64,000 nucleotides of DNA from positions 38,588-102,587 of the forward strand of contig JAZRTY010000023.1 of assembly GCA_045652245.1 (NCBI GenBank), given 5' to 3'. The notes beneath the pieces are model-generated. The model was given only the letters and a program-made list of their open reading frames with translations. It searched no databases and was not told the origin of the DNA. Source of the stretch: Eubacteriales bacterium (GTDB taxonomy: Bacteria > Bacillota > Clostridia > Oscillospirales > CAG-382). Position numbers and translations under genes: made by a program. Positions 1 to 11,551 of this stretch are shown piece by piece; within the stretch, counting starts at the first letter, position 1; the number at the start of each line of letters is the position of its first letter.

Positions 1-2011
1 TAAGCTTGATATTAACTGCCGGATATTCGTCATCGGTTGTATCGGCAAGCTTTGTATATTCAGTTACCATCTGACGTATAATCTGTGCCTGGTCACGTCC
101 TGTTGTAATCCAAACCTCAAGAACACCTTCTTTTCCTTCAAGGTCTTCTGTTGCACCTACTGAGTTGTAGTTAGCAAAGAAGGAGTTGATGAAGGCTGTG
201 AATTCGTGCTTGATGTTCTGGAAGAAATTACCTGTAGCACGAGGTCTGAAGTCGGAATCGGTCGGAACTACAACAATATAGTCAAGTGCCAACGGCTGGC
301 TTCTTGCTGTAAGAATCCATGTACCGAGTGAACCGATATAGGACTTGTAGTTTGCAAGGTTTGCTGCAACCTTGGTTTCATCGTTACCCATTATATCAAG
401 AAGGTATGCAATCTTATCAAGAATTACAGACTGGTCACCCTTTTCACCGATAAGTGCTTCAAGATTTGAAGAAATTTCGGTAAGGAGCGCACTTTCCTGT
501 CTCATACCACGAAGAACATCAGGAATAAGTGAAGCAAAGTCGTAGTCGAGGTATGCATCGGGCTGAGTACCTGTAATCATAATAATTTTTCTGTAGTATT
601 CATTCATTCTTGAAAGGCTCTCATCGATCTGAAGAAGGATATCACCCATATCTCCGAGAACAGCTTCAAGCTTGAGCTCGTATTTCTTACCCTTTTCAAA
701 GTAGAACATAAAATCCTCAGTATCACTTCCGAGGGGCTTTGTCTGCCAATCATCGGAATAGTCAAATCTTATGTTTCTTGCTTCAACAAAGGGTTCCTCG
801 CCATTTATGTAGATTTTACGTGAAGAGAACAGACCTGCATTTACGTTCTGCATATATCTCGGGATGATATAATAAAGTCCATCTTCTTCTACTTCAAATT
901 CGTATGTAACCCACTGACCTGCAAGCTGCCATGTTGAACCACCGATTGAGTTAAGTCTGATTGCACTTGAATGCTGCGGCTCTGTAATCGGTGATGTTCT
1001 GTCGTTTAACGGATAAACAACCTGTTCACTCGTTGCTGCAGGAACTTCTGCATCCATCTTTACAATATTGCTTGTCGAAGGAGACTTGTAGCCATTCTTT
1101 TCGTATTCAGCCTTAATTTCTTCGTATGTCTTAACCTTTTCAAGAGGAGCAATGCTGATGCTCTTTAAAAGGAGAGGTTCACGGGAACCGTCAAGAGTGA
1201 TTGTATGCTCTCCTGCTTCAAAATAAAATTCAAAGGGGGCATCATGGAAGGTATCAGCATCGGTAAAGAACTTTGTAACCCACTCAGGCTTTTCAACCTT
1301 TGTCGGACGAATTTCATTCTGATAGTAGTCATACTTAAAGTATCTACCCTCTTCTCTGAAATTCTTTTTGCCGTCTTCAAGCTCCTCGTTTACCGCCTTC
1401 GCATTTGAATCAGCATTTGAGGAGTCTATATCTGTACCTACCTTATAGAGCTTTTCGGGAACAATAAAGCCTTCTGCCTCGTAATCTTCCTTCCAGATTC
1501 TGGAGAAAGTAAGGTATCTTGCTTCCTTGAAAGGAACTCTTCCATCGACAAACAATACTCTCTCAATAGACGCACTGTTTCCGGGATAAGGATAATAGTC
1601 GGTAGAAATAGAATAGAGACCGGGAGTCTTTATTTCAAAATTCCATACAACCTTTCCTGTATCGGGAGTAAGAAGGCTTCCACCTATGTCGCCGTCATAA
1701 TCCTCGAGTACCTGAACTGCTGCCGTTGTTTTTTCCTCGTCATAGTCCACCGCATTGATAACGAGGCTGTCCTCGCCCTTTTCTGGATTATCAAGCTTTG
1801 CAAGATATTCCGAATAGGTTGTGGATGTCATAATTTCTGCTGTTGCGGCAAGTGAATTCAAGGTTGTGCTGTTTTTGATGTTCTTTTCAACTTCTTCAGG
1901 TGTATCTGCAAAAGCTGTGAAAGAACCTGTAACCGAGCTCGCAAGCAACGCCGCCAGCAACACGGACACTATGGCATTTCTTCCGTGCTTTGATTTTTTC
2001 GCCATTTTCAT
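1..2011 (-). CDS. Secreted multidomain protein with solute-binding-protein-like C-terminal region (partial; C-terminus lies beyond window start)
   Basis: Own minus-strand translation: ATG at 2011 follows GGGGGA; N-terminus MKMAKKSKHGRNAIVSVLLAALLASSVTGSFTAFA looks like a signal peptide; frame open for 670 codons to position 2; last residues ...GVLEVWITTGRDQAQIIRQMVTEYTKL resemble extracellular solute-binding proteins. Missing from the ORF track because it runs off the edge. Confidence 0.6.
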   Translation of the reverse strand, partial: MKMAKKSKHGRNAIVSVLLAALLASSVTGSFTAFADTPEEVEKNIKNSTTLNSLAATAEIMTSTTYSEYLAKLDNPEKGEDSLVINAVDYDEEKTTAAVQVLEDYDGDIGGSLLTPDTGKVVWNFEIKTPGLYSISTDYYPYPGNSASIERVLFVDGRVPFKEARYLTFSRIWKEDYEAEGFIVPEKLYKVGTDIDSSNADSNAKAVNEELEDGKKNFREEGRYFKYDYYQNEIRPTKVEKPEWVTKFFTDADTFHDAPFEFYFEAGEHTITLDGSREPLLLKSISIAPLEKVKTYEEIKAEYEKNGYKSPSTSNIVKMDAEVPAATSEQVVYPLNDRTSPITEPQHSSAIRLNSIGGSTWQLAGQWVTYEFEVEEDGLYYIIPRYMQNVNAGLFSSRKIYINGEEPFVEARNIRFDYSDDWQTKPLGSDTEDFMFYFEKGKKYELKLEAVLGDMGDILLQIDESLSRMNEYYRKIIMITGTQPDAYLDYDFASLIPDVLRGMRQESALLTEISSNLEALIGEKGDQSVILDKIAYLLDIMGNDETKVAANLANYKSYIGSLGTWILTARSQPLALDYIVVVPTDSDFRPRATGNFFQNIKHEFTAFINSFFANYNSVGATEDLEGKEGVLEVWITTGRDQAQIIRQMVTEYTKLADTTDDEYPAVNIKL

Positions 2012-2700
2012 TAACTGTTTCCCCCTATAATTGAGTTTACATAAAGCAGTACTCAGCATCCTTTTTTTTGCAAGCACAGTAGTAGCATATAATTCCCGAA
2101 ATAGCTACACCGTTATTGCAAGAGTGTTCTGTTCTACCATAAATATATATCGGCAGACAAGAACACTGAAAAATGAGCGCAAAATACCACAAAATCTCAT
2201 ACTGATAGAATACCATAAATTCTATTTTTTGTCAAGAATATAAAATATTCGCAATTGCTTTTTCCTCTGTTTTTTCGACGATTTTCTTTTTGAGATTTTT
2301 ACCATCCGAAGCAATCAAACACAAATATATTATTCTTATTCGACAAAAATACTGCACAAATTTCGTACTAATAATATATTTTTGTTCCTCAAAATTCCGT
2401 ATTTTCAACTTATATAAGGCTTTAATAGCGACACAAAATTCGCAATATTATATTTTAACTCTTGTTAATATTATTTTTAAAATATGTATACACTTTGCAA
2501 CTGATTTTTTCAAGCTTGTTTTGTTTGATTTTTTTCCTGTTATTGGAATTGTTGTTCGTGATTTTGCACAATTTTAAAGTATTTTTTTCTACACCTTGTT
2601 GCAACTGCCAATTTTGATTTTTTGATTTTTATGCACCGTTTTTGTTAGGATTTTTGCAGTTTTTAACTGTTTTTATGTTTTTTAGTTAAGCCAAACAATA

Positions 2701-2733
2701 CAAAAAAGTGGCATGGCTCATCGCCACACCACT
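2701..2733 (-). terminator. Rho-independent terminator downstream of groEL
   Basis: On the minus strand GTGGC-(g)ATG..CAT-GCCAC stem followed by TTTTTTG, immediately after the groEL stop. Confidence 0.65.
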
Positions 2734-2757
2734 TTCTTTTTTTGCTATCCTGTCTTA

Positions 2758-4386
<1,629 letters not shown>

Positions 4387-4416
4387 TTACCTCCAAAGAT
4401 CAGATTACATATAGAA

Positions 4417-4749
<333 letters not shown>

Positions 4750-4795
4750 TCAGCTTGTACTTTGTATACGTTTATTAAATGTGATTTTATTCAAA

Positions 4796-4822
4796 TTAGC
4801 ACTCTTGCACTTCGAGTGCTAA
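4796..4822 (-). promoter_or_regulatory. CIRCE operator (HrcA binding site)
   Basis: TTAGCACTC-N9-GAGTGCTAA, an exact match to the CIRCE consensus, in the groES 5' leader. Confidence 0.95.
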
Positions 4823-4834
4823 TTCACAAACGGT

Positions 4835-4863
4835 ATTTTATTACAAATAATAGTAAAAATCAA
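4835..4863 (-). promoter_or_regulatory. Sigma-A-type promoter of groES-groEL
   Basis: Minus strand TTGATT -17 nt- TAAAAT, ending about 12 nt upstream of CIRCE. Confidence 0.5.
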
Positions 4864-4956
4864 TAGGTTTACCTATATGTTTACATTTTTTTAACATATT
4901 TTCCTGTTTATATTTTACCCTTTATTCGCTTTGAAATTTTATTGCTTTCTGACTTT

Positions 4957-6135
4957 TTACTTTCGTTTATCACAAAAGCCATTCTTGCCGGCAAAAGGTC
5001 TTGTATTTCCATCTTTTTTGTAGTACTGATAAAGATAACATTTTATCATACCGTTATACAGCTTTCTTGACTTATCGCAGCGTCTGCCATAGAGATATTG
5101 GAAGTCCTCCTCACTTGTAAGCAGATACATCTGCCAGGGTGGCACGAGTGTTGAGAAAGCTTTGCCGAGTTTTTTGTAAAGCTCTCTTGCTTCTCTTATC
5201 GTTCCAAGCCTTTCACCATATGGTGGATTGCAGACAACAGTCATTCTCTCCCCTGTGTCTGTGATAGTCAGGGCGTCCTTTGTAAAAACTTTTATGTGCT
5301 TTTCCATTCCTGCTCTTTTTGCGTTTTCAAGAGTAAGCTTTACGCAGTCCTTTGAAATATCCGATGCCCACGCCATAAACGGAGTATCGGGATTTATTTT
5401 CTCCTGTGCCTCACGCCTTGCTTCCTTCCAGTACTTTTTATCAATAAAGCTGTAATGCTCGGAGGAAAATCTGCGATTTATTCCGGGAGCAGTATTTGTC
5501 ATAATGAGTGCTGCTTCTATTGCAATTGTACCCGAGCCACAGAAGGGGTCATAGGTTATTACGTTTTCTCTCGGTCTTGAAAGCTTAACAAGAGCTGCGG
5601 CAAGAGTTTCACGAAGTGGCGCTTCTGCCGATTTTTCACGATAACCTCTTTTAAAAAGTGGCTCACCCGATGTATCTATCATCAGAGTTGCTTTGTTATC
5701 AAGGATGAAAAATTCAATTTTCAGCTTTGTTTCGTTTTCCTCAAACCAATCAACATTATATACACTTTTCAGTCTTTCAACCATTGCTTTCTTAACGATG
5801 CTCTGGCAATCGGGAATACTTGTAAGCTGTGATTTTACTGAATGTCCGGAATTCGGGAAGGCATCATTTACACGGATATATTTCTCCCAGGGAATCGCTT
5901 TCGTTCCGTCAAAAAGCTCTGTAAAGGTTTCAGCGTAAAACTGTCCTGCGACAATATACACCCTCTCGGCACAGCGCAGATTTATATTACATCTCGGGAT
6001 TGCACTGACATCTCCCTCAAAATATATTCTTCCGTCTATAGTTTCAAGACGCGTGTATCCAAGCTCGTCTATCTCCTGTCCGACAAGCCCTTCAAGCCCA
6101 AAAAGACAGGTGGCGCAATATTTTAATTTTTCCAT
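4957..6135 (-). CDS. THUMP-domain class I SAM-dependent RNA methyltransferase (COG0116 type)
   Basis: 392 aa; N-terminal CATCLFGLEGL.., DPFCGSGTIAIEAAL (SAM motif I) and NPPYGERLG (motif IV). Confidence 0.8.
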   Translation of the reverse strand: MEKLKYCATCLFGLEGLVGQEIDELGYTRLETIDGRIYFEGDVSAIPRCNINLRCAERVYIVAGQFYAETFTELFDGTKAIPWEKYIRVNDAFPNSGHSVKSQLTSIPDCQSIVKKAMVERLKSVYNVDWFEENETKLKIEFFILDNKATLMIDTSGEPLFKRGYREKSAEAPLRETLAAALVKLSRPRENVITYDPFCGSGTIAIEAALIMTNTAPGINRRFSSEHYSFIDKKYWKEARREAQEKINPDTPFMAWASDISKDCVKLTLENAKRAGMEKHIKVFTKDALTITDTGERMTVVCNPPYGERLGTIREARELYKKLGKAFSTLVPPWQMYLLTSEEDFQYLYGRRCDKSRKLYNGMIKCYLYQYYKKDGNTRPFAGKNGFCDKRK

Positions 6136-6181
6136 TTATACCTCAAGCCAAGTACTAAAATTTATGTATTGTTTTAAAAAA

Positions 6182-6643
6182 TTATTCTTTACCGTCACCG
6201 TTTACCTCGTCGTATACCGAGGTGTATTCATTTGTGTTTCCGTCGCCCCTTGAAAGCAGGTAATTTACAAATGCGCAAAGTGCTGTTACCACAGCATAAA
6301 TTATCACAAAGGCAGTACTGAGCACAACAACATTCATAAGCTTTGAGGTATCCTTTACCATCGCTATGAAGCATATATAAAAGGCGATATAGCAAATTAC
6401 AAATCTTATTATGTGTGCAAGAGCACTGTTCAGTTTTTTCGGTATAGCCGTTATAACGCTCGAAAGAGCACAAAGTGCCGAAAACAGAAGTATCTGCAAA
6501 AACAGAAGCATAACTCCACCCCAGGTGGGTGCTTCTTCGATTCCGACTAACCTGTTAAGTGCCATCATACCAAGTGAAACACAAGAAAAGAGCGCAAAGG
6601 TGATATTAAAAAATTTTCCGATAAGGTTAAATGTCTTTTTCAT
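6182..6643 (-). CDS. Hypothetical integral membrane protein
   Basis: 153 aa with about four hydrophobic segments; no recognisable family. Confidence 0.5.
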   Translation of the reverse strand: MKKTFNLIGKFFNITFALFSCVSLGMMALNRLVGIEEAPTWGGVMLLFLQILLFSALCALSSVITAIPKKLNSALAHIIRFVICYIAFYICFIAMVKDTSKLMNVVVLSTAFVIIYAVVTALCAFVNYLLSRGDGNTNEYTSVYDEVNGDGKE

Positions 6644-6864
6644 AGCTTATTATCTCCCAGTTTCTGTATTTTAACATCTTCGAGTATATCATATTTCTTT
6701 TGAACATTCAAGACATATTTAAAGGAATAAAGTTGAATATTCTATTAAATTTCAGCTTATTTTGCATTTTTCTTTACAGTGTATATCTATTTATTTCAAT
6801 ATTTTGTTATATAATAAACCTGATACAAGTAATTTGACTGTATAACCAGCGTGGAGGTGAATTC

Positions 6865-7401
6865 ATGAAAAGAAAGGAAATAAAAAAGCTTGCAATTTCC
6901 GCAATACTTTGCGCTTTTTCGGTGGTGGTTCTGCTCATTGGCAGTATTTTTGAAATGGTGGACATAACCTGTGCCGCAATTGCTTCGGGTGCTATCGCTT
7001 TTTCTGCACTTGAACTTAGAGGAAAATACTCTGTTCTTATTTTTGCCGTAACTGCCCTGCTTTCCTTTATATTGTTTCCACTTTCAAGTGCTTCAATTTT
7101 CTATATAGCCTTTCTTGGCTATTATCCGATAATAAAGGTTTATATTGAAAAAATTAAGGGGATTTTTTCTGCAATTTTAAAGCTTATAATATTCAATGGT
7201 TCGTTTTTTGTCATTTTCAGTATTTTCAGAAGCTTATTCCTCTCACAGGAAGCAGATACATCCCCGATAATCTTAATTTTACTGATCGTTTTTGCCAACA
7301 TTTTCTTTATCGTTTACGATATAGCTCTGAATGTCCTGATAACGGCATACAAGCGTGTCTTTCGCAAAAAATGGGGTATTGACAGATTTCTTGACTTTTA
7401 A
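6865..7401 (+). CDS. Hypothetical integral membrane protein
   Basis: 178 aa, multiple hydrophobic helices; GGAGGTG RBS 6 nt upstream of ATG. Confidence 0.6.
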   Translation: MKRKEIKKLAISAILCAFSVVVLLIGSIFEMVDITCAAIASGAIAFSALELRGKYSVLIFAVTALLSFILFPLSSASIFYIAFLGYYPIIKVYIEKIKGIFSAILKLIIFNGSFFVIFSIFRSLFLSQEADTSPIILILLIVFANIFFIVYDIALNVLITAYKRVFRKKWGIDRFLDF

Positions 7402-7511
7402 TTCCGTAAGTAATATAAAATTTTTCCGATAATATTCACACGAATGTCACAATGTACTGTTATAATTATTAATTGTGGCAAACAATTAAACTCAAAGGAA
7501 GGATACAAAAA

Positions 7512-8555
7512 ATGAAAAAAACAAAAATCGTAGCTTTAGCGCTCAGCGCAATTCTTTGTGCATCAACCTTTATCGGATGCTCTCCCCAAACTCCTGTAAA
7601 TAACCTTGCAGTAAACGCAGACCTGGGTCTGTCACAGTACAACTGGAAGTACGCCGATGACGAGGTAATGTTTACTGTCGGTGATACACCTGTGGATTTC
7701 GCAGAATACCGTTATTATGTTATGAATGCAAGAGCGAGCTTTGACGGTGGTGATGTTTCTTACTGGAATGCCGAAACAGCAACGGAGTTTTCAGACTACA
7801 TTATCAATGAAATCAAACTTTTGAGCGCTCTTCGCAGTTATTGCGAAAAAAATAATATTGTTCTGAGCGAAAAAGATAAACAGGAAATTGCCAATACCGG
7901 TTATGAAGCCTTCGGTATGACCCAGGAAGAATACAATAGCTGGTTGGAAGGTACTTATTTAACAGAAGAACTTTTCGAGAAAAGCTTTGTTGATCAGTAT
8001 CTTATCCAGAACCTTTATAAGAGTTGTACCTCCGACGAAGAAATCAAGGCATATGCACAGGAAAACTATGTAAGAGCTTCTCATATTCTCGTTTCAACCC
8101 TTGACGAAAACGGTCTGCCTCTTGAAGGGGATGCTCTTGACGAAAAGACAGCACTTGCAAACAGCTTATATCAAAGAGCACTCGCAGGTGAAGATTTTGA
8201 TGCACTTATAGAGGAATACGGTGAAGACCCCGGAATGACAACTCATCCAAACGGTTACTTCTTTACAAAAGGTGTGATGGTTAAAGAATTTGAAGACAAG
8301 TCCTTCGAACTTGAAGTTGGTCAAATCGGCGAGCCCGTCAAGACTAATTTTGGTTATCACATTATAAAGAAGCTTCCTCTTGACGTAGAGTATGAAATCG
8401 CAAATGAAACTACCGAATATTGGGATATGGTTTATGCTTTAGGTAGCGAAGAGGGTTATAATCTTATTGTTGAATATGCAAACACACTGCCTGTTGAAAA
8501 AACCGATGCTTTCAACGACCTTAATATTGGTAATATTATTGTTTCAAAAAAATAA
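7512..8555 (+). CDS. PpiC/PrsA-type peptidyl-prolyl isomerase lipoprotein
   Basis: Start moved to ATG 7512 (AAGGAAGGA RBS). MKKTKIVALALSAILCASTFIGCS has a lipobox; parvulin signature ...FGYHIIKK near the C-terminus. Confidence 0.8.
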   Translation: MKKTKIVALALSAILCASTFIGCSPQTPVNNLAVNADLGLSQYNWKYADDEVMFTVGDTPVDFAEYRYYVMNARASFDGGDVSYWNAETATEFSDYIINEIKLLSALRSYCEKNNIVLSEKDKQEIANTGYEAFGMTQEEYNSWLEGTYLTEELFEKSFVDQYLIQNLYKSCTSDEEIKAYAQENYVRASHILVSTLDENGLPLEGDALDEKTALANSLYQRALAGEDFDALIEEYGEDPGMTTHPNGYFFTKGVMVKEFEDKSFELEVGQIGEPVKTNFGYHIIKKLPLDVEYEIANETTEYWDMVYALGSEEGYNLIVEYANTLPVEKTDAFNDLNIGNIIVSKK

Positions 8556-8567
8556 TTATAAAAACTT

Positions 8568-8605
8568 AAGGCTTCTGCAGGATTCTGCAGAAGCCTTATT
8601 TTTAT
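8568..8605. terminator. Bidirectional terminator between convergent genes
   Basis: AAGGCTTCTGCAG-gatt-CTGCAGAAGCCTT, perfect 13-bp stem, then ATTTTTATT. Confidence 0.8.
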
Positions 8606-8612
8606 TATTCAA

Positions 8613-10334
8613 TTATTCAGCTTTATTTCCGGAAAGCTTTGCCAGCTCTTCTTCTTCAAGAACTCTGTATGCTACCTTACCGACAAGTGTTTTCGGAAGG
8701 CTCTCACGGAATTCAATGTCGTACGGCATAGCATATTTTGCCATATTTTTGCGACAGTACTCAAGAATTATCTGCTTGTTTTCTTCGCTTGGCGCAATAT
8801 CGGGTTTCAGCATTACAAACGCTTTGATTTTCTGCATCTTATAAGGGTCCGGAACACCGATTACACAGCTCATTTGTACAATGTCGTGAGCATCAAGAAT
8901 GTTCTCAAGCTGTGACGGATATACGTTATATCCGCTTGTGACTATCATTCTCTTTATTCTCTGCTTAAAGTAAACAAAGCCTTCGCTGTCCATATACCCA
9001 AGGTCGCCTGTATGTACATAGGTTCTTCCGTCCTCATGAACTCGCAGTGTATCTGCTGTTTCCTCAGGATGCTTTATGTATTCCATCATAACTGTCGGGC
9101 CGCTTATACAGATTTCACCGTCAAGACCATAGTCAAGCTCCTTTGTCGTTCCCGGCTCTGTTATAACATAGTAAGTATCGGGGAACGGCAAGCCTATACT
9201 TCCCTCTTTTACCATATGAGTAGGTGTCAGGCAGCTTGCAGTTACACATTCTGTCGTACCGTAACCCTCTCGTATCTGGATTGTTGCGTTATGGTCATAA
9301 AGGAATTTATCAAATTTCTTCTTCAGTTCAACCGAAAGTGAGTCACCACCACTGAACACACCTTTAAGGTGTGACAGGTCTGCTCCGTTCATTGAAGGCT
9401 GACGAAGAAGTGCCTCATAAAGTGTCGGCACACCTGCAATAAAGTTACACTTATATTTCTTAAGAAGCTTTGCGTAGCTTTGGGCAGTAAAACGTGGAAC
9501 AAGAATACATCTTCCACCGCTTGCAAGCATTGAATGTATTGAAACACCAAGTCCGAAGCCGTGGAACATCGGCATTACTGCAAGCATCTTATCTCCGGGT
9601 CTGAACATCGGATTTGTTGCAATTATCTGCTGAGCAAGAGCATTGAAATTATAATTTGAAAGAAGTATTCCCTTTGTTGTTCCTGTAGTACCGCCACTAT
9701 AAAGAATCACAGCAGGGTCGGTATGCTTTCTCTCAGCCTTATATTTCCAATTATAACGTTCTCCACCTCGCATAAAGTCACGCCAGAGAACAACCGGTGC
9801 GTCCTTCGGGATTTTCTTGATTTTTCTTCCTTCGGTAAGCATATAACCTGCCTTTATAGGCTGTGAAAGCTCGTCCTTTATGCTTGCAATAATGATATGC
9901 GAAAGGTCTACATTCTTTCTTATTGCTTCAAATTTGTTATAGAACTGATCAAGTGTAATCGCAACTATACTTTCCGATTCTTTCAGGTAAAATTCTATTT
10001 CGTTTTCGGCAGATAACGGATGAATCATATTTGCAATTGCACCTACGATGTTTATTGCATAAAAGAATATAACTGTCTGTGGGCAGTTAGGCATACATAC
10101 TGTAACCTTATCTCCCGGACGTATTCCTATATTCTTAAGACCACGTGCCGCAGTTTCGACCTGCCTTGCAAAATCCTTATATTTTGTGGTTTTGCCCATA
10201 AAATCATATGCTATGTAATCAGGATATTCCCCGGCAATCTTCTCAACTGCCTGCCACATTGTACACTCCTGATATTCGATATGCTCAGGTACATCCCCGT
10301 AATTTTTCAGCCACGGTGCTTTTGTTTCTGTCAT
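8613..10334 (-). CDS. AMP-forming acyl-CoA synthetase (long-chain fatty acid-CoA ligase family)
   Basis: 573 aa; AMP-binding motif YSGGTTGTTKG; GYGTTE; C-terminal ...GKVAYRVL. Confidence 0.85.
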   Translation of the reverse strand: MTETKAPWLKNYGDVPEHIEYQECTMWQAVEKIAGEYPDYIAYDFMGKTTKYKDFARQVETAARGLKNIGIRPGDKVTVCMPNCPQTVIFFYAINIVGAIANMIHPLSAENEIEFYLKESESIVAITLDQFYNKFEAIRKNVDLSHIIIASIKDELSQPIKAGYMLTEGRKIKKIPKDAPVVLWRDFMRGGERYNWKYKAERKHTDPAVILYSGGTTGTTKGILLSNYNFNALAQQIIATNPMFRPGDKMLAVMPMFHGFGLGVSIHSMLASGGRCILVPRFTAQSYAKLLKKYKCNFIAGVPTLYEALLRQPSMNGADLSHLKGVFSGGDSLSVELKKKFDKFLYDHNATIQIREGYGTTECVTASCLTPTHMVKEGSIGLPFPDTYYVITEPGTTKELDYGLDGEICISGPTVMMEYIKHPEETADTLRVHEDGRTYVHTGDLGYMDSEGFVYFKQRIKRMIVTSGYNVYPSQLENILDAHDIVQMSCVIGVPDPYKMQKIKAFVMLKPDIAPSEENKQIILEYCRKNMAKYAMPYDIEFRESLPKTLVGKVAYRVLEEEELAKLSGNKAE

Positions 10335-10352
10335 ATTTTGTCTCCTGATTCT

Positions 10353-11240
10353 TTATGCGTTTTTTTCTTTCTGTATTTCCGAAAAGCTCTTGTCAAGCAT
10401 TTCAGGATTTGCAAGTATTTCACGGAGTCTTTTTATTGTCTTTGCAAAATACACACCGTCTGCAATTCTCTCATCCACCGTAATGCCGAGAGGCAGCTTT
10501 TCTACCATTTCAACGCTTCCGTCTTCCTTGTATTCAGGTCTCATTTTCTTTTCTCCGATAATCAGGAAAAGCGAATTTGTACCCCAGTTTGCAAGGTGAT
10601 GATACTGTGCGTTCATCTTGATACTGCCGAGATTTGACATAAAGCAGGTTGTGTAATACGGGTCAACGACCTGAAATGACTTAGGATACAAGCCATAGTA
10701 GTCAAGAGTTTTAAGTCCCCATACAACAAGGCGAACTATTGGTCTTGGCAGTTTACACAAAACTCCCATAATATCTGTTGCACCGTCAACCTTATTTTCT
10801 TTTCTGACGCTGTAAACAATCTTTTTTATCTGTGAATAAACCTGCGAAATACAGCTTTCTTCACTTTCCGGACGGAATTTTACAATAGCAAGTGTTTCCG
10901 CGCCGTCATCGGTGAATATTTTTTTCACAGTAAAGGAAAAAGAAATTTCATTTCTTTCATACAGCCTTTGTCCTGCGTAAAATCTGTTCATTCTTGGTCT
11001 TTCTGCAATTACAAGCCCGAGGGCTGCACAAACCACGTGGAAAAATGTATACTTGAATTCGGGACTATCCTCATTTTTCTTTCTGACATATTCGTTTATC
11101 GGGCCTATATCGATACTTTCGAATAATGCTGCCTCGTTATCTGCCCTGTTTGGCATGGCAAACGGCATAAATCTGTGCATAGAGTCTGCATCACGCACAA
11201 GATACCCGTCATTTCTGTCACCAAATTTCTTTTTCTTCAT
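10353..11240 (-). CDS. Stand-alone 2-oxoacid dehydrogenase E2-like / CAT-fold acyltransferase domain protein
   Basis: 295 aa; C-terminal ...ITVDERIADGVYFAKTIKRLREILANPEML aligns with the E2 catalytic motif region (DHRxxDG) but has E in place of H. Confidence 0.6.
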   Translation of the reverse strand: MKKKKFGDRNDGYLVRDADSMHRFMPFAMPNRADNEAALFESIDIGPINEYVRKKNEDSPEFKYTFFHVVCAALGLVIAERPRMNRFYAGQRLYERNEISFSFTVKKIFTDDGAETLAIVKFRPESEESCISQVYSQIKKIVYSVRKENKVDGATDIMGVLCKLPRPIVRLVVWGLKTLDYYGLYPKSFQVVDPYYTTCFMSNLGSIKMNAQYHHLANWGTNSLFLIIGEKKMRPEYKEDGSVEMVEKLPLGITVDERIADGVYFAKTIKRLREILANPEMLDKSFSEIQKEKNA

Positions 11241-11414
11241 AATTTCAGCTGCCTTTCACTCATTTTTTAATATACAAGTGTCTGTCAAAAATTTGTTATC
11301 CCGTTCATTATAACACACAGTTTTTATTTTGGCAAGACATTTTTTGACAAAATGCGACATTTTTAAATTTTTTCGGTATTTTATTATATAATGAAGTTTT
11401 GTAAATGTTTTTGC

Positions 11415-11443
11415 TTGACAAATCCCATTTTTAGTTGTATAAT
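11415..11443 (+). promoter_or_regulatory. Consensus sigma-A promoter upstream of yicC operon
   Basis: TTGACA -17 nt- TATAAT, about 108 nt upstream of the yicC start. Confidence 0.6.
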
Positions 11444-11551
11444 ATTATAATAGCATATTATAGTGGTGATATTATGCAAAAAATTTGCTAAAGCCATATA
11501 ATTGCTGAATTTTAATTCACAAAGGAGAGCCGGAAACGGCAAAAAAAGACA

